Of a DNA stretch of 43,394 bases, positions 34,679 through 42,051 are shown piece by piece. Position numbers and translations under genes: made by a program. The notes below the pieces were generated by a model. That model saw nothing but the letters and a program-made list of their open reading frames with translations. It was not told the DNA's origin and made no database searches. Source of the DNA: Planctomycetota bacterium. Its GTDB lineage: Bacteria; Planctomycetota; Planctomycetia; Pirellulales; Thermoguttaceae. The stretch covers positions 1 through 43,394 of the forward strand of contig DQVB01000391.1 in the NCBI GenBank assembly GCA_015661985.1. The letters run 5' to 3'. Positions within the stretch are counted from its first letter, which is position 1; each line of letters opens with the position of its first letter.

Positions 34679-34999
34679 GCCAGCAGTCTACGTGCTATTC
34701 TGTGTCTGGCCATATTGGGGGACGCAGGCCCGTAGCTTCCCACTCCGGGCCTGGTGTCGGCTGACCTCCGGCCCAGCCACAGTCCAGCACCATACGGCCT
34801 CGGCAGGCCTTCCCATCGCGCGGGTAAGCGGTTTGCGTCTGGAGCAAAAGCTCTGAAAACTCCGGGATAGGGCGGAGAATCGATTACAGGGATCATCTGC
34901 CGTCTGCCGAAGGATGTAATTACCGACGGTTTTGCGGACTGGGCGTTCTGTGCGCATCGGCCGGTTATTCCGGTTACTGTGGTTGTGAGGGGGCTTGGC

Positions 35000-35076
35000 T
35001 ACCGGAGACGGTCCGGTTTTTCGGCGTGTCGAGCCCTTCCCGGGTCCAGTGCGGAAATGTCCAACGGTGTGCGGTA
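35000..35076. repeat. 77-nt dispersed repeat, copy B
   Basis: 63 of 77 identical to 23985..24061. The mismatches show no third-codon-position bias in the overlapping ORFs. Confidence 0.75.
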
Positions 35077-35239
35077 GAAGACAGGACCGTTCCACTGCCG
35101 GACACCGGCTGGGCAACCTTTTGGTCACCGTGGGCGGGGTTGTGCAGCTCCGGGGCGCCGCGAGGTGAAGCTCCGTTGGAGACAGAGAGCTGGCGTTTGT
35201 GGGCGCAGCAGGGGGCCTCGCCGCGGAGAATCCTATGGG

Positions 35240-35273
35240 GACGTGGGTTCATGGAAGACGTGGGTTCATGGAA
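35240..35273. repeat. perfect 17-bp tandem duplication (GACGTGGGTTCATGGAA x2)
   Basis: Read directly from the sequence: 35240-35256 equals 35257-35273. It lies 39 nt upstream of the likely OMP start. Confidence 0.95.
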
Positions 35274-35311
35274 TGTCGCCTTTGCAGGGGCGGTGTTTGC
35301 CGGCGTGGTTG

Positions 35312-36226
35312 ATGCGGAGCAACGCAGCCGCTTTGCTGGTGGTGGTTGCGGTTCTGGTGGCTGGCTCCGGGTGTACGGGTATCGGCCGCTGGGCTCGTCA
35401 GGGCTTCAAGGTGGGCCCGGATTACTTGCGGCCGTCCGCGCCGGTGGCTGAGGAGTGGATCGACTTCCAGGATCCAAGTATTGTCAACGAGCCGGCCGTC
35501 GATAGCAGCTGGTGGAGCGTGTTCGGCGATCCCCATCTCGACGAGCTGATCAACAGGGCTTCGCTCCAGAACTTGACGCTCCAAAGCGCGGGCACGCGCA
35601 TCCTGGAGGCGCGTGCCCGGCTGAACATCGCCCGCGGCAACCTGGCTCCGCAGATCCAGCAGGCCTTTGGAGACTGTGCGCGGATCAACACGTCGACCAC
35701 GGCGGCCGACGTGCTTCCGATCAACGACTACGACACTTGGGACGTCGGCTTCAATGCTTCCTGGGAGCTGGACTTCTGGGGACGATTCCGCCGGGCGATC
35801 GAGTCTGAGGAGGCCCTGCTGAACGCGGAGATCGAGAACTACGACAGCGTGCTCGTGCTGCTGCAGGCGGAAGTGGCCACAGCGTACATCCAGTATCGCA
35901 CGCTTCAGGAGCGGCTGGAGGTGGCGAAAGAGAATGTGGAACTCCAGAGACGCTCGCTCGAGATCGCCGACGTTCGCTTCCGCAACGGACAGGTGACCGA
36001 ACTGGATGTGGCCCAGGCCAAAGAGAACCTGGCGGCCACCGAATCGGTGATCCCCGATCTCGAGAGCAGGATCCGCCAGACGGGCAACGCCCTTTGCGTG
36101 CTGTTGGGCGTGCCGCCACACGACATGGGCGAAGAGCTCGGCGAGCGACCGGTCCCCGAGCCGCCGGGCGGAGGCCCGTACGGACGTATCGCGCTGACAA
36201 GCCACGCCACGAGTACGGCCAGATAG
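35312..36226 (+). pseudogene. RND efflux outer-membrane lipoprotein (NodT/OprM family), 3'-truncated
   Basis: Lipoprotein signal MRSNAAALLVVVAVLVAGSGC and first OEP repeat. Homology stops near ...LGERPVPEPP (about 36170), and the frame ends after unrelated residues. It is about 300 aa against about 470 expected. Confidence 0.7.
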
Positions 36227-36873
36227 AACTGCCCCAACACGGATTGCATCCACGCGATGGTTCGCGCCAGCGGCGATTGCGGCACGACGTCGCCGTAACC
36301 CAGGGTGGACATCGTCACAAAGCTGAAATACACTGCCTCCGAAAACGGCGCGATCGGTTTACCGGGTTCACCCTGTGGCTGCTCCTCAACGGCCTCGCGG
36401 CCGGGAAACGACAACGACTCCCGGTCGATGCGCTCGGTTGCCCAATACATCTCGGCGAAGGCCATCCCCAGCAGCAGGTACGCGCACACGCTGCCGAAGA
36501 CCGAGTGGACGGTGGCCATGTACTTCCTGAAGATGGTGGCGATGAGATTGACCGCGATGATTGTGTAGAAAACCGCTCCCACCACGCAGCTTGCCACAAA
36601 GAGCATTGGGAAGCTCACGACAAGCGTTGCCCAAGTGGCTGGCACGGCCAAAAGCGCCAGGGCGAGACTGGGAAAGAAAACCCGCGGACACGTGCGACTG
36701 GCAAATACACCGAATACCAGCACGGCCGTTGTGCCCGCGTGGATGAGAACTCGGCCACCAAAACGCGGCTCCAAAGCGGGAGCGACCAACAGAGCGAAGA
36801 GTAGTGAAATGAGCAGCAACGCCAGGTTACTGCTGTCAGGTGACAATGTCGCTCGATTCGCGTCGGCAGACAT
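35905..36873 (-). CDS. potassium-channel-type ion transport protein; the last ~95 codons are antisense to the OMP remnant
   Basis: ATG at 36873. TM helices, then pore helix and filter FSFVTMSTLGYGDV, then inner helix GQFYLAVLVAWLVS. Beyond about 36190 the ORF is Ser/Pro-rich antisense read-through. Confidence 0.7.
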   Translation of the reverse strand: MSADANRATLSPDSSNLALLLISLLFALLVAPALEPRFGGRVLIHAGTTAVLVFGVFASRTCPRVFFPSLALALLAVPATWATLVVSFPMLFVASCVVGAVFYTIIAVNLIATIFRKYMATVHSVFGSVCAYLLLGMAFAEMYWATERIDRESLSFPGREAVEEQPQGEPGKPIAPFSEAVYFSFVTMSTLGYGDVVPQSPLARTIAWMQSVLGQFYLAVLVAWLVSAIRPYGPPPGGSGTGRSPSSSPMSCGGTPNSTQRALPVWRILLSRSGITDSVAARFSLAWATSSSVTCPLRKRTSAISSERLWSSTFSFATSSRS

Positions 36874-36912
36874 GACAGATCATGTACCTCATGCGCGTTG
36901 CCTGAGCGTGTA

Positions 36913-37491
36913 TCAAAGCAGCAGGAAACACATCCAAACGACGATCGCAGGAACCAACGCCGCCGCGAGCAGGCCCAGCGGAGAGACCGCCTCGCCGAAG
37001 TGGTGCTTCAGGAGGAACTGCCCGGCCGGATTCGGGGCGTTGGCGATGATCGTCAGCCCGCCGCCGGCGACGGCCAGCATGATCGATTCCACCAGCTTCA
37101 AGGTCGGCCGCGTCGCGGCGAGCGTCATGATCACCACGACGAACGCCGCCTCGGTGAAGTTTACGTCATGGCTCACATACTGGACTACCGTGCCCCAGTC
37201 GTAGAACGCGGCGATCGCCACCATCAGGACGACCGCCCAAAGGCCGAACACGACCTCGACTTCACCCAGAAAATGAAGCAGCTCGGCCAGCGGGTCCAAT
37301 GATTCGCGCGGGGCTTCGCCACGGCGGATCTTCTCCGCATGCGCGTCGCGCCGTCGGTGTGAGATGACCGTGAATTTCCCAGCCAGGAGAGTGTGAATAA
37401 TGGCGGCAAGGAATATCAGCGATGCGGCAAGATTAAACGGTTCCCGGGCGATGCGATACAGGAGAATCTGCGGTACACCGGCAAGGCCCGC
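36913..37491 (-). pseudogene. polytopic membrane protein fragment (putative cation/H+ antiporter-like) without a start codon
   Basis: The open frame has no ATG, GTG or TTG between 37803 and 37299. Hydrophobic sequence ...LIFLAAIIHTLLAGKF...HFLGEVEVVFGLWAVV...GGGLTIIANAPNPAG...VVWMCFLLL. It abuts the truncated RND ORF. Confidence 0.45.
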
Positions 37492-37492
37492 A

Positions 37493-37807
37493 TCACCATA
37501 GCTGTCGAGGTTTCGCGGGAAGTCGGGAGGTGGAGGTGAAGAAGAGCCCGCGGTCGGACTTGGATTCGACCTCCTCGAGCTGCCCGAGCTGCTGGACCGC
37601 CTTTTCGATCTCGTCGGAGACCTCGGTTTCGACCTCCTGGGCCGTGGCCCCGGGATAGGGCGTGATGACCAGGGCTTCCTTGATCGTGAACTCGGGATCC
37701 TCCAGGCGCGGCAGGTTGTTGAACGAGATGATTCCGCCGACGAAAAACACGGTGGCCAGCACCAGCGTGGTCGTCTTGTTGCGAATGGCCAGTTCAGCGA
37801 GGTTCAT
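37493..37807 (-). pseudogene. RND efflux permease (AcrB/HAE1 family), only the N-terminal ~86 codons
   Basis: MNLAELAIRNKTTTLVLATVFFVGGIISFNNLPRLEDPEFTIKEALVITPYPGATAQEVETEV... is the canonical RND N-terminus. Homology ends at ...SKSDRGL, with the stop at 37493, against about 1050 aa expected. Confidence 0.8.
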
Positions 37808-37826
37808 GGAGAAGCAGCTCCCAGCG

Positions 37827-38906
37827 TCAAGGTTCGTACTTGCGGACTTGCATGCCCTCCCGGAGCAGCATCACCCCGGAAATCGCCACCATGTCGCCCT
37901 GTTTGACGCCGCCTTTCAGGAGCACGCGGTCGCCGGTCAGGGGCCCGAGCTGGACCGGGCACCTGGCGACCTTCATGCCGTCCGGATCGACCTTCCACAC
38001 GTAGGACTGCTTGTTCTCGTCGGCCTGGACCGCGGTGACCGGGACCGACCACGCGCTTTTCGGATCGATGACGATGCGCACGCGCGCGGTCATGCCGGGC
38101 AGGATGTTCACGTCCTTCGGGTTCTCGAAGATCAACTTGACCGGGAACGTCCGGGTGATCCGATCGGCGGTCATGGCGTATTCCTTGATGGCGGCCGGGA
38201 ACTCGCGGTCGGGGATGGCGCTGACGATCACCTTGGGCGCGAGGCGTTGGGTGGTCTGTTCCTTGGTCTCGCTCCGGCCCTTGCCCCGCACGAAATCGCG
38301 TTCCGGGACGGCGACCTCGATCTCCAGTTTGGAGATGTCCTGCAGGATGAGCACCGGCTGCTTGGCCAGGACGTTGGCGAAGTCCTCGACCAGCTTGCGG
38401 GCCATGACGCCGGCGAACGGGGCCCGGAGCTCGGTGTCGGCGACCGCTTTCTGGGCGATCTCCAGGTGTGCCTGGGCCACTTTCAACGCGCGGCGGTCGC
38501 GTTCGATCTCGTCGGCCGGGATCGCGCCGGGGTCTTCCTTGAAGATGTTCTGGCTGCGCGTGAGATCGGCTTGGGCCTTTTCCAGATTGGCCTTGGCGAC
38601 CTTCAATTCCGCTTAGTAATCCCGCGGATCCAGGCGGGCGAGCACGGCATCTTTTTCCACGCGATCCCCTTCCCGCACCAGGAACTCGGCGACGCGCCCG
38701 ACCACTTCGAACCCCATCTCCGCGGTCTGGTGCGCCCGGATCGTTCCGGGATACTCGATGATGGCCTCGGGCTCGAGCGACCCGATGACGTGAATTTTCA
38801 CGGGCCGGACCGGCGGTTCCGGCTCCGCCGGCGGTTCGCCGCATCCGGCGGCGAACAGCCCACAACCCAGGCTGAGGTCCAAAGTGAAACGTCGGATCGT
38901 CTCCAT
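37827..38906 (-). pseudogene. RND efflux membrane fusion protein (HlyD/AcrA family) with an in-frame TAA
   Basis: The two track ORFs (38613..38906 and 37827..38606) share a frame and are separated only by TAA at 38615-38613 (...LDPRDY*AELKVAKANLE...). Lipobox LFAAGC. Confidence 0.8.
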
Positions 38907-39136
38907 GAAGCTCGCCTTGCGTCTGAGAGATTCGATTTCAAGTGATACCAGGTGCAGAACTCGTGCAACGCGTTCGCCCCAGCCAAGCGGCCAAGTTCGG
39001 TCCGCGGCGGGGCGTTGTGGGCAAAAGCTCCCGCCAACGCTGCCCCGAGCCCAGGACGCTTTCCCGGGCCGGTGGGGTGAGCCCGCTGGCCGGTCCGCCA
39101 GCCCCCGTTGGGGGCTCGCACCGAGGGACCGCGTGC

Positions 39137-41428
39137 CTATTGGCGGTCATCGCGTCGCCTTTCCGATACTTGCAGGCACACCTGCCGGCCATCCGGTATC
39201 AATCGCACATCCAGCGGGCCTTGCAAGTCGTCATGTTTCCAGTAGGTATGGCGGAACGGCAGGGAGAACTGAATCCCCTGTTCCTCGAAGGCCTTGAAGA
39301 TCTCGAAATTCGCCTTTTCGGAGAATTCCAGGAATTTCCACAGCTCGGGAGGTGTAAACCAGTACATGATACGGATATTGAACGAGTCCGGGTTGAACTC
39401 GTTGAAATAGACACGGGGCGGATACTCAGGGTCCATGCCCTCCTGGTTTTCCAGCACGGCCCGGACGGCGGCCACGGCCTTTTGGATCTTTTCGCGGGGG
39501 GTATCCAGGGGAATGTGGAGATCCGTGATCCGGCTGATGTGTTTGCGCTTGCCGATATTCTGGATCTCGGCCTCGGCCATCTGGTCGTTAGGGATCGAGA
39601 TCAGGTTGTTCGTCAGGAACTCACGGAGCTTTGTCGAGCGCAGCCCGATTTCTTCGACAATCCCATCTTGGCCGTTGACGATGATCCGTTCCCCGACACG
39701 GTACGGCTTGTCCAGCAGGACGGTAACGGTACCGAAGAGCCCTTTGATCATGCCCTGGGCCGACAGCGCGATGGCCAGGCCGCCGATGCCGGCACTGGCC
39801 AACAGTGTCGTGATGGGCAGGCCCAGGTATCTTCCCCCTTCCAGGAATATGATGGCCGCCGCGACGAGTCCCAAGCCGCGGCAGAGAATGCGGATCAAGT
39901 AGACGTCAACACCGCGGAGTCGGGTTCGTGACATGGCGACGACGGCGTCGGCCAGACGGCTGGTGGCAGCCAGAACGACGATGATCACGGCCAGCAGGAA
40001 AGCCATGTTCGCCGCAAAGTTGATGGCGTAGAGGGCCTTGCCGCGTACGCTCAGGTACTCCATGACGACATGCTTGAACAGCAGGGGCACGCACATGGCC
40101 AGCAGGGCGAACAGCAGGGTGACCCAGTACCGCAGCAGGCTGTGTCGGCGCATAAGGGACCCCCGCGCTCGCCCCGCGCGATAGCAGAGGAGCATGGTGA
40201 TCAGGGCCAGTGGGGTAATCAGGATCATTCCGGCCCACTGCCACACGGCCATGCCGTAGACGCGGTGGCGGACCCAGAAAGGGAGCGAGTCGATCCAGGC
40301 GGCCACGGTCGGGTTGTGGGGAGAGTCCAGCCACCACTGATAAAGGCCCTTGGACACCGGACGGCCCTCGCTCCGATAGGGCAGATCCCTGACCTTCTCG
40401 TAGATTTCCGGCGCACGATTGACGGTCTCGGACGAAAAGAGGTATTCACCTTTCTGTGGCCCTTCGGTCATCCGCACGATGGTGATTTGGGTATTGGGCA
40501 CTTGCCAGCGGGCGAGGGGTTCGCCGTTGTCCGTTGCGCCCAGTTCCTCCGGGCCGGGTATCTGTTCGGCCGGCGGCAGTTCGACCCGGTCGAGGATCTC
40601 CTTCAGGCATACGGCCGCCTCGGCGGCATAGTCCTGGCGGTAATACTCCGGCACAGCGCTCAGATCCAGGCAGCTGTAGATGCGCATGACCTTCGGCACG
40701 AACGTCTGATCGCCGGCTTTGATGTGTCTTCCGGCGATGATCATCTCATAGATCTCGTTCACTGTAGTGATGAACAACGTCATCGTGCCGCGAGGGCTCG
40801 AAGTGTCCGCGGAAAGCTTGGGCTGCCGTTTGGTCATAGCCGTGTAACGGTCGAGAAGACCCGGCGAGACTTCCGGCCCCTCGGTGCGGTATGGCAAAGC
40901 CTTAACCGCGCTGTAGAACGTGGCAGCCTCTCGGACCGTTTCGGCCGAAAAGCGATACTCGCCCTCGTGCTGCCCTTCTGCCACCCGTACGATCATCAGC
41001 CGGGTGTCAGGGATCCGCCACCGGGCAAGGGGCTCGTCCTGTTCCGCCCTCTCCACCGCTTCCCGGCCCGGGATCTCCTCCTCGGGAGGCAGCGGGATCC
41101 GGTCCAAGACCTCTTTCAGATAGACTGCCGATTTCACCCCGACCGACTCGCGGAGATCCACGGGCAACTCGGTCAGGTCCAGACAATCCTGGATACGTTG
41201 CATCGGGGCGAGCATCTTCGAGGCGATGTCTTCGGTGGACGGTTCCGCCTTCGTCAGTTCGTAGAGCTCAATACACGCCTCGACGAAGCTGCGCAACATC
41301 CCCCGCGGGCTCGATGTGTCCGACGGCTGAAGCGGGGGCCGCGTGGTCCGTTCGGCCTCGCCAGCCACAATCAGTCCCACTGCAAAAAATCCCCAGATCA
41401 TGATTGTGAAACGAAACGTGACACTCAT
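39137..41428 (-). CDS. mechanosensitive ion channel family protein (MscS/MscK-like) with a large duplicated N-terminal domain
   Basis: ATG at 41428 with a signal/TM segment. C-terminal MscS core GGLAIALSAQGMIKGLFGTVTVLLDKPYRVGERI. The N-terminal ~330 aa consist of two homologous ~165-aa repeats. Confidence 0.9.
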   Translation of the reverse strand: MSVTFRFTIMIWGFFAVGLIVAGEAERTTRPPLQPSDTSSPRGMLRSFVEACIELYELTKAEPSTEDIASKMLAPMQRIQDCLDLTELPVDLRESVGVKSAVYLKEVLDRIPLPPEEEIPGREAVERAEQDEPLARWRIPDTRLMIVRVAEGQHEGEYRFSAETVREAATFYSAVKALPYRTEGPEVSPGLLDRYTAMTKRQPKLSADTSSPRGTMTLFITTVNEIYEMIIAGRHIKAGDQTFVPKVMRIYSCLDLSAVPEYYRQDYAAEAAVCLKEILDRVELPPAEQIPGPEELGATDNGEPLARWQVPNTQITIVRMTEGPQKGEYLFSSETVNRAPEIYEKVRDLPYRSEGRPVSKGLYQWWLDSPHNPTVAAWIDSLPFWVRHRVYGMAVWQWAGMILITPLALITMLLCYRAGRARGSLMRRHSLLRYWVTLLFALLAMCVPLLFKHVVMEYLSVRGKALYAINFAANMAFLLAVIIVVLAATSRLADAVVAMSRTRLRGVDVYLIRILCRGLGLVAAAIIFLEGGRYLGLPITTLLASAGIGGLAIALSAQGMIKGLFGTVTVLLDKPYRVGERIIVNGQDGIVEEIGLRSTKLREFLTNNLISIPNDQMAEAEIQNIGKRKHISRITDLHIPLDTPREKIQKAVAAVRAVLENQEGMDPEYPPRVYFNEFNPDSFNIRIMYWFTPPELWKFLEFSEKANFEIFKAFEEQGIQFSLPFRHTYWKHDDLQGPLDVRLIPDGRQVCLQVSERRRDDRQ

Positions 41429-41618
41429 CGGTCTGTTCCCGAAATGCTGTCTGGACGACTCCAGCGCCGGGTGGAGTAAACGCCAGCTCAGCCGACGCAA
41501 GGGTGATGCTCGGCCGAGCCGTCGAAAGCCCAACGCATCGCCGCGCTCCCAGCCGGCGGTAGCCGAAAGGCGCCTGGGCGCGGGTGCCCGACTGCTGTTC
41601 GTGTGATCTGTTGAAGCC

Positions 41619-41658
41619 GTTGTCCTACAGGTTGTCCTACAGGTTGTCCTACAGGTTG
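41619..41658. repeat. 12-bp tandem repeat GTTGTCCTACAG x3.3
   Basis: Read directly from the sequence: units at 41619, 41631 and 41643, plus a partial fourth unit. It overlaps the stop of the small minus-strand ORF and lies about 190-230 bp upstream of the MscS start. Confidence 0.95.
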
Positions 41659-41900
41659 ATTTTGTACCGTTCGGCCATCAGCCGTCGGATTTCGACCGTG
41701 GCCTCCTCGATCTGCGCGATGATCTGATGAACCGTGCCGGCCATGGCCGCGGTCTCTCGGGTGCGCACTTGGACGTCTCGCGATTGCTGGTCCGCCACAG
41801 CCGCGCGAAAGCCGTGGGCAACGGGGGCCCGGGTCCGGCCCGTGTTGAGGCTCGTCCGAACGGGTCGGTCGAGCAAGTGGCCTTCCTTGCCGGGCTGCAT
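41649..41900 (-). CDS. small hypothetical protein (83 aa, C-terminal amphipathic helix)
   Basis: High GC3 in this frame. The ATG at 41900 is chosen from ORF 41649..42122. It ends ...MAGTVHQIIAQIEEATVEIRRLMAERYKINL. No family recognised and the start is uncertain. Confidence 0.35.
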   Translation of the reverse strand: MQPGKEGHLLDRPVRTSLNTGRTRAPVAHGFRAAVADQQSRDVQVRTRETAAMAGTVHQIIAQIEEATVEIRRLMAERYKINL

Positions 41901-42051
41901 CCGCAGGCCCCACGAGCACAGCACCCGTTGCGATCGGCGGCTCAATGAGTTTGGCTCCATGGCCTGGATCGCGTCTTTGCGTTGAGCCGAGTACGATCTG
42001 GGGTTGCTGTGTCGCGGGCCCTCCGGTCTGCACTTCCAGTCCAGTCTGTGC

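Noticed and set aside
35078-35125. ZTP (pfl)-riboswitch-like CCGGCUGGGCA box downstream of repeat copy B.
   Set aside because: Only the 3' box resembles the consensus, and with one mismatch. The 5' ACUGGCG/P1-P3 elements are absent, copy A lacks the box, and the gene context (efflux OMP) does not fit.
36913-37299. ORF 36913..37299 as an intact 128-aa gene starting at TTG.
   Set aside because: The hydrophobic reading frame clearly continues upstream to about 37490 with no start codon. It is the tail of a larger, disrupted membrane-protein gene rather than a small intact gene.
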